Positions 18,631 through 29,204 of a DNA stretch of 30,914 nt are shown piece by piece. Below the pieces are notes generated by a model. It was not told the DNA's origin. It worked only from the letters and a program-made list of their open reading frames with translations, and ran no database searches. The stretch is from NCBI GenBank assembly GCA_963715195.1, contig CAVQRT010000034.1, forward strand, positions 1 through 30,914, given 5' to 3'. Both the position numbers and the translations under genes were made by a program. The DNA comes from Thermodesulfovibrionales bacterium (GTDB lineage Bacteria > Nitrospirota > Thermodesulfovibrionia > Thermodesulfovibrionales > SM23-35). The first letter of the stretch is position 1; each line of letters opens with the position of its first letter.

Positions 18631-19086
18631 ATGAACAAAAACAAAGCGGTATGGAATTCTATTCGTGTATGCGTTGTTGTTTTCTTGATAACGTCGTTCC
18701 TGGGCTGTATTGCCGCTATTCCGGTGGCAATCAAGTATGCGAAAAGCAAGGAAGGGTATGTCGCAGAGGCAGAAATACCGGCACCGGCAGAGAAAGTCTA
18801 TGCTGCAGCCATCACTCTGGCCGAAGAACGAGCTCCCGTTGTGAAAATACTGAATCGGGATGATGCAAAACTCCTGCTTGAAGTGACGGATGACATACAG
18901 AAAGCCTCTTTCAAAGCTGAGTCAATCAGCCAGGATAAAACAGCAGTTATCGTGAAAGCAGATGTTCCGAAGGTTGAGGGCAAGGAAAAGGAGTATGAAA
19001 AGGAACAGGAAAAGGAGCTGGCGCTGCGTATCATTCATAACGTGTGCGACAGGCTTGGTGTAAAATATACGATAATTAACCAATAA
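18631..19086 (+). CDS. Putative lipoprotein (DUF3568-like)
   Basis: Lipobox-like FLG-C after a hydrophobic stretch; AGGGA upstream of ATG 18631. Confidence 0.65.
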   Translation: MNKNKAVWNSIRVCVVVFLITSFLGCIAAIPVAIKYAKSKEGYVAEAEIPAPAEKVYAAAITLAEERAPVVKILNRDDAKLLLEVTDDIQKASFKAESISQDKTAVIVKADVPKVEGKEKEYEKEQEKELALRIIHNVCDRLGVKYTIINQ

Positions 19087-19111
19087 GAACGAGCAAGGTG
19101 TGGGCGGATCA

Positions 19112-19284
19112 TTAGTTCCTGTGTATTAACTAGGGTTTTCACAGAGTGTCGTCATTCGCACCCCCGTGTTCACGAGGGTAAACTCCGGCGGGAATCCAAT
19201 TTATTCAATCCCGAAGGTTTTCGGGAATGGATCCCCCGGTCAAGCCGGAGGATGACGAAATATAAGTTTATACACAGAATCTAA
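19112..19284. mobile_element. MITE-like element with ~20-bp terminal inverted repeats and an internal GTCATT...GGGAATCC...GATGAC palindromic unit
   Basis: TTAGTTCCTGTGTATTAACT (19112-19131) versus AGTTTATACACAGAATCTAA (19265-19284); the core resembles ~29249-29372. Confidence 0.65.
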
Positions 19285-19297
19285 CGCCATATCAGAG

Positions 19298-19318
19298 TTC
19301 CACGAGCTTGCCCGTGGG
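19298..19318. repeat. REP/IS200-605-end-like hairpin
   Basis: CCACGAGC-TT-GCCCGTGG imperfect palindrome. Confidence 0.45.
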
Positions 19319-19351
19319 TATCTTAATAATCATTCAAGGGAGGAAAGAAAG

Positions 19352-19765
19352 ATGAAAAAGATGTTGGTTGTGATTTTGAGTTTATGTGTAGTGGTGCTTA
19401 TTGCGGGTTCTGCTTTTGCCGGAGAAAAGGGGCTGGTCCAAATTGTTGCTGACGGATGCAAGAAGGATATTGAAACCTACTGTAAAAATGTGACGCCCGG
19501 AGAGGGGCGCATCCTCGCATGTCTCTACGCATATCAGGACAAGCTTTCGAACCGTTGTGAGTATGCACTGTATGATGCTGCTGCCCAGCTTGAGCGGGCT
19601 ATTGCCGCGCTCACCTTTCTCGTTAATGAATGCAGGGACGATCTGAAGGCATATTGTTCGGATGTCAAGCCCGGTGAAGGACGGCTCATCAATTGTATTG
19701 ACAAGAATATGAAAAAGGTCAGCAACCGTTGCAAACAGGCGATAAAGGATGTTGCTCAGAAATAG
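19352..19765 (+). CDS. Exported cysteine-rich repeat protein (Cys_rich_FGFR-like, two repeats)
   Basis: C..D...C..V.PGEGR...C.......S.RC occurs twice; signal peptide AFA. Confidence 0.85.
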   Translation: MKKMLVVILSLCVVVLIAGSAFAGEKGLVQIVADGCKKDIETYCKNVTPGEGRILACLYAYQDKLSNRCEYALYDAAAQLERAIAALTFLVNECRDDLKAYCSDVKPGEGRLINCIDKNMKKVSNRCKQAIKDVAQK

Positions 19766-19801
19766 AACACAGAAAGTTTAAGTTAGGAGAAAGGGGAAAA
19801 T

Positions 19802-20308
19802 ATGAAGAAAAGAGCAGTTATCAGCATAATGTTTAGTTTGGTGATCGTTCTGTTCGCGGTCATCACAGTGATGGGAAATGCTTCAGCACAGTCGATTTCA
19901 TCTTCCCTCGGGCTTGCACCGTATCCCTCGAAGGGACAGTCTGCTCAGCAACAGAACAAAGATGAAGGTGAATGCTATGCATGGGCGAAGCAGCAGACCG
20001 GGATCGACCCGGTTGCAGTGGCAAGTACTCCTACTCAGCAGCCTGGTCCGGCAGCGGGTGGTGGTGAGAGGGTACGTGGCGCTGCGCGCGGCGCACTTGG
20101 AGGAGCAGCGATCGGTGCCATCGCAGGTGATACCGGAAAGGGCGCAGGCATCGGCGCAGTTGCTGGTACCATGGCCGGCGGCAGGCAGGCGAGGCAGAAC
20201 AAGGCAGCTCAGCAGCAGCAGGCTGAGCAGGCAAAAGCCGGGACACTTCAGCAATTCAACAATGCGTTCAGTGCATGTATGGACGGCCGGGGCTATGCGG
20301 TTAAATAA
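19802..20308 (+). CDS. Glycine-zipper (YMGG-like) exported protein
   Basis: YPSKGQS..QQ.KD..ECY.WA, GAARGALGGAAIGAIAG..GKGAGIGA, ACMDGRGYAVK. Confidence 0.85.
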   Translation: MKKRAVISIMFSLVIVLFAVITVMGNASAQSISSSLGLAPYPSKGQSAQQQNKDEGECYAWAKQQTGIDPVAVASTPTQQPGPAAGGGERVRGAARGALGGAAIGAIAGDTGKGAGIGAVAGTMAGGRQARQNKAAQQQQAEQAKAGTLQQFNNAFSACMDGRGYAVK

Positions 20309-20321
20309 GGAGAAAATACAA

Positions 20322-20717
20322 ATGAGAATAATTGTAAGTTTAATATTATTCGGTTTATTCGTGACTGTTTCTCCGGCATTTGCTGGAGATGTCTTTGACG
20401 GCACAAAGCCCCTCCTTTGTTCAAGCATAGAGGCCCTTGATTGTGATCCGGGGGTGACATGTGAAAGAGGTATCCCTGAGATTATGGGTGCCCCGCAATT
20501 CTTGCGGATCGATTTTACAAAAAATGAAATTGCAGGACCTTTGAGGACAACGAAGATTCGTTCGATGGAGAAGGATGACGACCAGATCGTTCTTCAGGGA
20601 TACGAGATAGGGCTGGGCTGGACTCTCGCCGTTAATCGTGTTACTGGCAATATGAGAATAACCTTCGCTGGATCGGATGCATCTTTCATTATCTTCGGTG
20701 CCTGCACACCGCTTTAA
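20322..20717 (+). CDS. Small exported hypothetical protein (four Cys)
   Basis: AAGGAG RBS before ATG 20322; signal peptide ..PAFA; FDGTKPLLC..C....C, terminal FGACTPL. Confidence 0.75.
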   Translation: MRIIVSLILFGLFVTVSPAFAGDVFDGTKPLLCSSIEALDCDPGVTCERGIPEIMGAPQFLRIDFTKNEIAGPLRTTKIRSMEKDDDQIVLQGYEIGLGWTLAVNRVTGNMRITFAGSDASFIIFGACTPL

Positions 20718-20849
20718 GGAGAAATCGGTGATAGCATGCGCGAGGGGGAGAATCTATTCCCGGAGTTGATATTCTGCATAATCGCTCCTACGCTTGCGTG
20801 TTACCTTCCTCTTGTCCGGGGAGAGGAAGAAAGAAAAGTGAAGTGAGTA

Positions 20850-21983
20850 ATGCCAGAATTGCCACAGATAACCTTTGAACAAATCTCCGGTGATACAATT
20901 GCCGTCCGGCTATCCGGCGACTGGAACATTCAGGAAAAGCTTCCTTCCTCAGATGAGTTGCAGAAGCATATCGAAAGCCGCACAGGTATTCAGCGCCTTG
21001 TTTTTGATGCAGGAAACCTTAAGGGCTGGGACAGCGGACTCCTCGTATTCCTGACAAAGGTTATTGATATCTGCGAAAAGAAGAACATCCCTGTCGAGCG
21101 GGATGGCCTGCCGGAGGGGGTGAAACGGCTCTTGCATCTTGCCTCTGCAGTTCCAGAAAGAAAAGGGGCCAAAAGAGGCGTGTCAAAAACTCCTTTTTTA
21201 GAACGGGTTGCAGATATATCAATCGGCGGATGGCGTTCATTGCTCGAAATGCTAACCTTTATCGGTGAAGCATCTATCGCCTTTTCAAATCTATTCAGAG
21301 GCAAAGCCCGTTTCCGGCGTTCAGATCTGTTCCTGATTATACAGGAAACCGGGGCACAGGCTTTGCCCATTGTATCATTGATCAGTCTCCTTGTGGGTCT
21401 TATCCTTGCCTTTATCGGGGCAATACAGCTCAAAATTTTCGGTGCGCAAATCTATGTCGCCAGCCTTGTCGGTATCGGAATGGTCCGGGCGCTTGCAGCA
21501 GTGATGACCGGCATTATCATGGCCGGCCGCACCGGGGCGTCTTTCGCCGCCCAACTCGGAACTATGCAGGTAAACGAAGAGATAGATGCGCTGAAAACGC
21601 TTGGTATCTCACCCATGGAATTTCTGGTATTGCCGAGAATGCTCGCCCTTTTTCTTATGATGCCCTTATTGAGTCTTTATGCCGACCTGATGGGAATTCT
21701 AGGAGGGTTATTCATCGGTGTGTCGATGCTTGATCTGGGGTTCATAGAATACTTCAATAAGACACGTGAGTCGGTATCTCTGAATGACTTCTGGGTCGGA
21801 CTTTTCAGTGCCGCGGTCTTTGGGGTCCTCGTGGCGCTTGCCGGGTGTCTCCGGGGAATGCAGTGTGGCAGAAGCGCCTCAGCAGTCGGTGAAGCGACAA
21901 CCTCTGCAGTGGTTACCGGCATTGTGAGTATCGTTGTGGCTACAGCAATTATAACCATCATTACTAATGTATTGGGAATCTGA
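20850..21983 (+). CDS. mlaE: MlaE-family ABC permease with N-terminal STAS domain
   Basis: LSGDW, WDSGL, AGRTGASFAAQLGTMQVNEEIDALKTLGISPMEFLVLPR, VGEATTSAVV. Confidence 0.92.
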   Translation: MPELPQITFEQISGDTIAVRLSGDWNIQEKLPSSDELQKHIESRTGIQRLVFDAGNLKGWDSGLLVFLTKVIDICEKKNIPVERDGLPEGVKRLLHLASAVPERKGAKRGVSKTPFLERVADISIGGWRSLLEMLTFIGEASIAFSNLFRGKARFRRSDLFLIIQETGAQALPIVSLISLLVGLILAFIGAIQLKIFGAQIYVASLVGIGMVRALAAVMTGIIMAGRTGASFAAQLGTMQVNEEIDALKTLGISPMEFLVLPRMLALFLMMPLLSLYADLMGILGGLFIGVSMLDLGFIEYFNKTRESVSLNDFWVGLFSAAVFGVLVALAGCLRGMQCGRSASAVGEATTSAVVTGIVSIVVATAIITIITNVLGI

Positions 21984-21992
21984 ATGAAAAGA

Positions 21993-22224
21993 AGGGTTCG
22001 AGGATTCAAGGGGTCAAGTGCAAGCTCTTATTATGAACAAGGTCATAAGTGAGACCAAATAAGTTGTCATTCCCGCAAGCGAAGCGCGTCGGGAATCCTT
22101 CTGCAAACAAAGAAAGATTCCGGACAAGCCGGAATGACATGGATGCTGAACGGTGCTTTGCTAATGACCGCATTATTACGTCTTTTGAGAATAGACGCTC
22201 GAATCCTCGAAACTTTGAACCCTT
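21993..22224. repeat. Nested palindromic intergenic element
   Basis: 8-bp-periodic arms (GGGTTCGA GGATTCAA GGGGTCAA ... CTCGAATC CTCGAAAC TTTGAACC) enclose TGTCATTCCCGC..GGGAATCC..GATTCCGGACAAGCCGGAATGACA (~22065-22139). Confidence 0.65.
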
Positions 22225-22237
22225 TTAAATAGATACC

Positions 22238-23014
22238 ATGAATCAACAATCAGAACCTCATATAATCGTAAAGGACCTTACCATGGCCTATGGTGATTTC
22301 CTCATCCAGCGCGACCTGACTTTCACGGTCAACAGGGGGGATATCTTCATTGTCATGGGAGGAAGCGGTTGCGGCAAGAGCACGCTGCTGCGTCACCTTG
22401 TCGGCCTCCAGCAGCCTGCAAAAGGACAGGTACTTTACGATGGAGTGAGTTTTTGGGACACGGAACCGGAGGATCGCAAGCGAATCATGAAGCGCTTCGG
22501 AATCCTCTATCAGAGCGGCGCGCTCTGGAGCTCCCTGACTCTTGCAGAGAATGTGGCTCTTCCGCTGCAGGAATATACTGACCTGAGGTCTGAACAGATT
22601 AGCGAACTTATTTCTCTGAAACTCTCACTTGTCGGGCTTGCAGGTTTTGAGGAATACTATCCATCGGAGATCAGCGGAGGCATGAAGAAACGTGCAGGTC
22701 TGGCGAGGGCTATGGCTCTTGACCCCGAAATACTTTTTTTCGATGAGCCTTCTGCGGGACTTGATCCGATCAGTGCTCACCTGCTTGATGACCTGATCCT
22801 TGAACTGAGGGACAGTCTCGGTGCAACCGTGGTAGTCGTCACCCATGAACTTGCGAGCATCTTTGCCATAGGAAACAACTCGGTTTTTCTCGATCCGGAG
22901 ACAAAGACGATGATCGCCGGCGGAGATCCCAAAAAACTCCTTGCGGAGTCGAAGGATCCGAAAGTCCACAGTTTCTTAACAAGGGGGAAAGAAGATACGG
23001 TAATAACGCGTTGA
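22238..23014 (+). CDS. mlaF: MlaF-family ABC ATP-binding protein
   Basis: GGSGCGKST, LYQSGAL, ISGGMKKRAGLARA, FFDEPSAGLDP, VTHEL. Confidence 0.93.
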   Translation: MNQQSEPHIIVKDLTMAYGDFLIQRDLTFTVNRGDIFIVMGGSGCGKSTLLRHLVGLQQPAKGQVLYDGVSFWDTEPEDRKRIMKRFGILYQSGALWSSLTLAENVALPLQEYTDLRSEQISELISLKLSLVGLAGFEEYYPSEISGGMKKRAGLARAMALDPEILFFDEPSAGLDPISAHLLDDLILELRDSLGATVVVVTHELASIFAIGNNSVFLDPETKTMIAGGDPKKLLAESKDPKVHSFLTRGKEDTVITR

Positions 23015-23078
23015 TGAATTTAAAACGAAAAAACAAGGCAGTAATGCTTTTTGAGAGAGTAACAGAAGGAGGGAAAAC

Positions 23079-24077
23079 GTGAGCAAACCGGCGAACAAAA
23101 CACTGATCGGTGCCTTTGTCCTGGGTGCCGTGGCTCTTGTTGTAGCGGCGGTGATGGTCTTCGGCTCGGGAAAGTTCTTTTCGAAAAAGAACACCTATGT
23201 GATGTTTTTTGATGGATCGCTGAAGGGACTTAATGTAGGTTCCCCTGTTATGTTCAAGGGTGTGAAAATTGGTGAAGTTACGAGTATCAAATTGCTTTAC
23301 GATCCCAATGAGCTATCTGCCGTTATCCCGGTTTATGTTGAAATCGATCCAGAGAAATTTACAATCCCTGGTGAGATGCAACAATCGATACTTGAAAAGA
23401 TGAGACGATATGTATATCTGAAGCCGCTCATAGAAAAGGGTCTTAAAGCTCAGCTTCAGACACAGAGCTTTGTGACAGGACAATTAATGATCGGTGTTGA
23501 TTTCTATCCCGAGAAACCGGTCAGAATGGTCGGCCTTGACAAGAAGTATCCGGAAGTTCCTACTATCCCTACCAGCCTTCAAGAAGTGGCCAAAACGCTC
23601 GAACAACTTCCCCTGAAGGACATCGTAACGAAGCTGGACCTTACAATCGACGGTATTCAGAAGCTTGTTAATTCTCCCGAAACAAAGGAGAGCATAGAGT
23701 CGCTCAATCAAACATTAAAAGATACCCGGAAACTTGTGCAGCATGTTGACGAAAAGATTACCCCGCTGATGGAGAGTCTTACAGAGACTTCTGACGCTGC
23801 CAATGCTGCGCTCGTTCAGGCAAAAAACACGATGACTGGAATAGAAGGTGATGCAAAAGAACTCATGCAGTCAACGAAGGAAACCATCGAGACTGCTGAG
23901 GCGACGCTGAAGCAGGCTGAGAAGACTCTGTCTACCTTCTCCGGTGACTCGCGTCTCGTATATGAACTAAATACTACTCTCAGCGAGCTGTCGGGGGCCG
24001 CGCGCTCTATGCGGTTTCTGTCAGAATATCTTGAACAGCATCCTGAAGCCCTGCTGACGGGCAAGAAACAAAAGTAG
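23079..24077 (+). CDS. mlaD: MlaD/PqiB-type MCE protein
   Basis: IGAFV TM anchor, GLNVGSPVMFKGVKIGEV, LQTQSFVTGQ, helical tail ending YLEQHPEALLTGK. Confidence 0.9.
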   Translation: MSKPANKTLIGAFVLGAVALVVAAVMVFGSGKFFSKKNTYVMFFDGSLKGLNVGSPVMFKGVKIGEVTSIKLLYDPNELSAVIPVYVEIDPEKFTIPGEMQQSILEKMRRYVYLKPLIEKGLKAQLQTQSFVTGQLMIGVDFYPEKPVRMVGLDKKYPEVPTIPTSLQEVAKTLEQLPLKDIVTKLDLTIDGIQKLVNSPETKESIESLNQTLKDTRKLVQHVDEKITPLMESLTETSDAANAALVQAKNTMTGIEGDAKELMQSTKETIETAEATLKQAEKTLSTFSGDSRLVYELNTTLSELSGAARSMRFLSEYLEQHPEALLTGKKQK

Positions 24078-24088
24078 AGGAGACCGAC

Positions 24089-24709
24089 ATGAAGAACTCT
24101 TATGGTTATCGTTTTCTAATTTCAGGCATATTTTTTCTTCTGGTACTGGGCGGATGCGGCAGCACCCAGCCGTCACGGTTTTATACACTCGACTCGGTTG
24201 GAAATCATGAGGTAGGAAACCAATCGGTTCCAGCCGATTACAACATTTCCGTTTCTATCGGGCCGGTAGATATCCCCGACTATCTTGACCGCCCCCAGAT
24301 TGTCAGTCGCACCAGCCAAAATGAACTCTCTCTATCAGAATTCGACAGGTGGGCAGGTTCACTGAAGGATGATATCGTGCGCGTCCTCTCTGAAAATCTC
24401 ACGAATCTCCTATCACAAAACTCTGTATTTGTCTCACCGTGGGGAAGGGGTATTGTGAGCGACTACCAGGTAACCATCAACATAAGGCGCTTCGATGCCA
24501 TGCCGGAAGGGAATATTCTGCTGAACGCACAATGGACTATTATCGGGAAGGAGGGAACGCAGATAGTCCGTATGAGGGAATCATTTATTACTGAATCAAT
24601 GAGCGCACAAACGTATTCTGCAAAGGTTTCCGCAATGAGTGGAGCACTCGAGAAGCTCAGCCGGGATATTGCGGAGGAAATTAAGGCTGTCTCTAAAAAA
24701 AATAAATAG
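24089..24709 (+). CDS. pqiC: PqiC-family ABC auxiliary lipoprotein
   Basis: Lipobox LGG-C, RFYTL, IGPVDIPDYLDRPQIV, DRWAGSL, RFD. Confidence 0.88.
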   Translation: MKNSYGYRFLISGIFFLLVLGGCGSTQPSRFYTLDSVGNHEVGNQSVPADYNISVSIGPVDIPDYLDRPQIVSRTSQNELSLSEFDRWAGSLKDDIVRVLSENLTNLLSQNSVFVSPWGRGIVSDYQVTINIRRFDAMPEGNILLNAQWTIIGKEGTQIVRMRESFITESMSAQTYSAKVSAMSGALEKLSRDIAEEIKAVSKKNK

Positions 24710-24846
24710 CATGAGGAGGAAGAGATGCAAAATGTGATATCCATGCTTTCTTCTTCGCCTCTTCCTCTTCACGTTAGCGAATTAGTCTGGGTGGTGAAAA
24801 GAGGGGGATCCCTCTCCTTTGTTGCACAAAATTTAAGGAACAAGCA

Positions 24847-24879
24847 AGAACTCCCTGCGCTCTTGGCGCAGGGTTCTTA
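24847..24879. repeat. GC-rich hairpin (REP/IS605-end-like or terminator)
   Basis: CCCTGCGC-TCTTG-GCGCAGGG flanked by AGAAC/GTTCT. Confidence 0.45.
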
Positions 24880-24881
24880 AG

Positions 24882-24910
24882 TAGACAAAAGTACATAATA
24901 TTGGTATGTT
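24882..24910 (+). promoter_or_regulatory. Putative sigma70 promoter for the patatin gene
   Basis: TAGACA-17 bp-TATGTT with TG extension. Confidence 0.4.
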
Positions 24911-25009
24911 TATTAACAATAATTCAATGGCATATATTAACCATATAAAGTCTATGTCATATGGAGGGATATTTATTATTGTTTCTTCTCATTACAAAGG
25001 GGTGAAATT

Positions 25010-27238
25010 ATGGCCAGTTTGAAAAAGATAACAAAAACAGTAACGGTCGTTTTTGCCATACTTTTTTTATTATGCATTCTTTCCCCCGGTTCGTCTTTTG
25101 CCGAAGAAACAACGAGACCGAAGATTGGCCTTGTGCTGGGCGGCGGCGGAGCAAAGGGGGCAGCGCATATCGGGGTGCTGAAGGTATTGGAAGAGCAGAA
25201 GATACCGGTCGATTATATCGCGGGGACGAGTATGGGAGCGATTGTTGGCGGCTCTCTATGCATCAGGACTTACTGCCGGCGAACTCGAGAAGGTGATCAC
25301 CGCAATCGACTGGAAAGATGTGTTTTCGGGTGATCCGGACCGTCGGGACATCGACTACCGGCGGAAACGAGGAAGACTACGATAATCTTACCAGGCTATC
25401 GGTGGGCATTAAGGACGGCAAGGTAGTCACGCCCAAGGGCCTCATCAAGGACCAGAAGGTGAATGTGCTGTTCGAGACGCTCATGCTCCACACTTCGGGT
25501 ATCGATGATTTCGACAAACTGCCGATCCCCTACCGGGCTGTTGCTGCAGACCTCGAGACCGGCGAGATGGTCGTGCTCAAGGGAGGGCGGCTTGCAGATG
25601 CTGCACGGGCCAGCATGTCTGTGCCGGGCGCATTCCCCCCTATCGAGCTGAACGGCAGGCTTCTGATTGACGGCGGCATTGTCCGGAATGTCCCGGTCGA
25701 CATCGTGCGGGAAATGGGTGCAGATATTATCATCTGCGTCGATGTCGACAAGCCCATGGCGACGAGAAAAGACCTCGGTGGAAGCCTTTCAATCCTGAAC
25801 CAGATGATCGACATCATGATGAAAAAGAACGTCAAGGAGCAGGTCAAAACCCTTGGCCCGCAGGATGTCTACATCAATCCGGAGCTTGGCGAACTCGGCT
25901 CAGGAGACTTTGACAAGGCTGCAGAGATTGCCCGTCTCGGGGAAAAGGCCGCCCGGGAAAAGATCGACAGCCTGAAGAGATATTCAGTTTCAGACAGCGA
26001 GTATGCGGCTTTTGCTGCCCGACATCACCGCGAGCAGGTGAAAGAGGTGAAGGTCGCTGCCGTGAAGATCGAGATGGAGGGTGAGAGCAAGATATCGCCG
26101 GATTACGTTGCCAGCAGGCTGACGGTCAAGCCCGGTGACACTGTTGACGTCGAGCAAATGAAAGAGCAGGCCGGCAGAGTATACGGCACAGGCGATTTCG
26201 AGCGTGTGGACCTGCATATGAAGAGGCAGCAGGACGGCTATGACCTTATCGTGAAGGCGAAGGAAAAGTCCTGGGGGCCGAATTACCTCCGTGTCGGCAT
26301 AGCCCTCGAAAGCGACTTCAAGGGATCGAGCAGCTACAACATCCTTGTTGATTACACCCGGCGATGGATGAACAGCCTGGGCGCTGAATGGAAGACACAG
26401 GTCAATTTGGGTTCTCCGAGCGGTATCTACTCGGAATTCTACCAGCCCCTTTCCGTGAATCGACTTTTTTTCATATCCCCGCATGCTGAATGGAAGCAGG
26501 ATCCGGTGGATGTCTATGACGGGCACGAACGGGTCGCCGAGTACCGCATAACGAGCTATGAGGGCGGAATCGACTTTGGCATCCAGCCATGGATGTATGG
26601 CGAGGCAAGAGTCGGCCTTCAATTCGGAAATTTCAGGGCAGAGCTCGATAAGCGGTGACATTGATCTCCCGACGGACGATGTTACACGCGGGGCCATCGT
26701 TGTTCAGGCACGGCTTGATCAACTTGATAATGTGAATTTCCCCAATAACGGGTACCGGGCACAATTCAGATCCATCTCATCACTGAAAGCCCTGGGTTCG
26801 GATGACGAATACAACAAGCTTCAGGGAAGCATCCTGGGCGCCTTCACCTTCAGGAAGCAGACGATCCTTGCATCCCTCACAGCAGGCACTTACATAGGCA
26901 ATGATCTCCCATTCTATGATACGTTTACCCTTGGCGGGATATTTAACCTTTCAGGGCTATCTACCGGGCAGCTCCGTGGTCAGACTATGGCGATTGGAAA
27001 GCTGATTACCTATCATAGAGTGGGTTCTTCGTTCATCGGCGACCTCTATTTTGGCGGATCACTCGAAAGCGGAAATGTATGGATGGAGGACGAGAAGAAC
27101 TTTGATCTCACTAACCTTCGCCTGGCCGGAAGCGTGTTCGTCGGTTACGATACGATCTTCGGCCCTCTGTACTTAGCCTTTGGGCATGCTGACGGAGGTT
27201 ATAATGCCGGTTACTTTTATCTCGGCAGGCCGTTCTGA
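25010..27238 (+). CDS. Patatin-like phospholipase with POTRA and Omp85-type barrel (PlpD/type Vd-like); three +1 frameshifts (~25252, ~25368, ~26640)
   Basis: Signal peptide; [21 protein letters not shown], then (second frame) [68 protein letters not shown]. Confidence 0.9.
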
Positions 27239-27370
27239 CAGATGGATATGCTATTATATTGTGATTCGAAAAGGGGGTGAGATAAGTAACTGTCAATGAA
27301 GTCTGTTCTGTGATGTAAAAAGTTATAAGATTGATGCACAAAAATATCGTGTAAAAGGAGGAAAGGACAC

Positions 27371-28195
27371 ATGAGTAACACAAAAAAGATTTTTGTTGTA
27401 TTCCTTGCATTTGCATGTGCATTCCTGGTCGCACATTCCGCACAGGCGCAGGACATGCCTTTCGGAATCGACAACGTACCCAACATCGTAGGCATAGGTG
27501 GCGGTATGCTGCCGGACTATTTAGGTTCGGATGATTACATGGGTGGGGCAGCACCGTTTTTCAAATATACCCCCGAAAATACTGAATACTATGTGATGCT
27601 TATCGCAACACAAATGTATGTAAATCTGGCAAATCATCCAACAATCCGTTTTGGACCTACAATCAACTACAGATTTGGGCGTAATGATGATGTAGACGAT
27701 AAGGCTGTAAAGAAGATGGAAGAGATAGAGGGGACCGTTGAGGCCGGTGCATTTGTTGGGTATGAGTGGAAGGATAGCCAGAATCCCCTCCACCGGTGGG
27801 GCATTACCCTGGATATCCTCGGTGACGTAGGCAACGAATATAAGGGATACCTGATATCTGCCTCTGCCCGCTACTGGTATCCGGTGCACAAGATGGTCGA
27901 TCTCGGCCTTAACGTCGGTACAACCTTTGCCGATAACAATTATATGGAAACCTACTTCGGAGTGAGCGAGAAAGATTCGGATAGGTCAGGGCTTTCGATG
28001 TTCAACGCAAGGGAAGGCTTCAGAGAAGTGCGCGTTATTCCCGCGGTTGTTGTGCACTTCAGCCCCCAGTGGCATACCGGTATTGGTGTGCGTTACGCTC
28101 GTTTGCTTGGCGATGCTAAAGACAGCCCTGTTGTCGATGATCGTGGCGATGCCAATCAGTGGATATACGGACTTGCTGTTGCCTACGCGTGGTAG
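27371..28195 (+). CDS. MipA/OmpV-family outer-membrane protein
   Basis: PDYLGSDDY, EAGAF, YMETYFGV, YARLLGDAKDSPVV, terminal YAW. Confidence 0.9.
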   Translation: MSNTKKIFVVFLAFACAFLVAHSAQAQDMPFGIDNVPNIVGIGGGMLPDYLGSDDYMGGAAPFFKYTPENTEYYVMLIATQMYVNLANHPTIRFGPTINYRFGRNDDVDDKAVKKMEEIEGTVEAGAFVGYEWKDSQNPLHRWGITLDILGDVGNEYKGYLISASARYWYPVHKMVDLGLNVGTTFADNNYMETYFGVSEKDSDRSGLSMFNAREGFREVRVIPAVVVHFSPQWHTGIGVRYARLLGDAKDSPVVDDRGDANQWIYGLAVAYAW

Positions 28196-28377
28196 TTTAG
28201 TGAATTAAAATATCCCCTCTCTTGGCGGATGACCATAATTCACGTGTTGACCTTCTTTCGACACGATGAGGGGATAATATATGATGAGTGAAATTCATTG
28301 AGAGGAGGTGAGATCAACTTATAGGGGGATAAAGAAGATCTCTATAGTCTAATACGTTATAAAAAGGAGGATACATT

Positions 28378-29001
28378 ATGAAGAAGATAGTTTTACTGGT
28401 ACTTGTGTTTGCGTTGGTTTTCGCATCGACATCGCTTTACGCTGCTGAGAAATATGCACTGGGTATGAGCAACTTCGCACTTAAGGTTGACTACATCGAC
28501 TTTACCGAAGATGTATTTGACGAGATTGATCTCGAAGGCGGTGTCTATGTAGGGATTGAAGGATATTACGCAATCTATCCCAATCTCTATCTCGGGATGG
28601 AGGTAGGTTGGGCAGGGTCAGAGAATGATGATGACATCGATGTCGACGGTCTCGGGAAAGTTAAAGTTGATATTGATATGCAATACATCCCAATTGAATT
28701 GAACCTCAAGTATGCATTTGAACTGTCTCCGACCTGGGTTATGGATCTCGGAGCCGGTATGTGCTACAGTTATTTTGATATCGAGGCAAACCGTATAGAT
28801 GCGGATGCAAACGATTGGGTATTTGGAGGTCAGGTGTTCGCGGATATCAATTATAAGATGAGCGACCAGTGGTTCATCGGTATCAACGGGAAATACCAGT
28901 TCACCGAAGATCTTTCGTTTGAAGCACGGGGAAATGACATCGATACAAGCACCAGTGCAGACAACTGGAGACTCGGTGCACAAGTTGGCATGATGTTCTA
29001 A
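28378..29001 (+). CDS. Small outer-membrane beta-barrel (OMP_b-brl/OmpW-like)
   Basis: AGGAGG RBS; signal peptide; YIPIELNLKY, LGAG, FGGQV..D, terminal F. Confidence 0.82.
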   Translation: MKKIVLLVLVFALVFASTSLYAAEKYALGMSNFALKVDYIDFTEDVFDEIDLEGGVYVGIEGYYAIYPNLYLGMEVGWAGSENDDDIDVDGLGKVKVDIDMQYIPIELNLKYAFELSPTWVMDLGAGMCYSYFDIEANRIDADANDWVFGGQVFADINYKMSDQWFIGINGKYQFTEDLSFEARGNDIDTSTSADNWRLGAQVGMMF

Positions 29002-29016
29002 ATTGGCGGTTTTGTG

Positions 29017-29045
29017 GGCCGGAGTCAAAGACTCCGGCCTATTCT
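29017..29045 (+). terminator. Rho-independent terminator
   Basis: GGCCGGAGTC-AAA-GACTCCGGCC then TATTCT. Confidence 0.7.
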
Positions 29046-29204
29046 ATTGAGAATTCCGGTTCGTAGTGCCAGTTCCTGAAAGACTTGAGATAATAAAAAT
29101 ATTTCTTTACAGTGTTCTATCTATCGTCATCTTAAGATATATATAATTTTTATTCAATAAAAGAAGAAATTCCTAGTCCCAGAACATCATTGGTAGATTC
29201 TCAT

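Noticed and set aside
19878..20321. N-terminal half of the 279-aa ORF 19878..20717
   Set aside because: It overlaps the glycine-zipper gene; the real start is ATG 20322, with an RBS and signal peptide.
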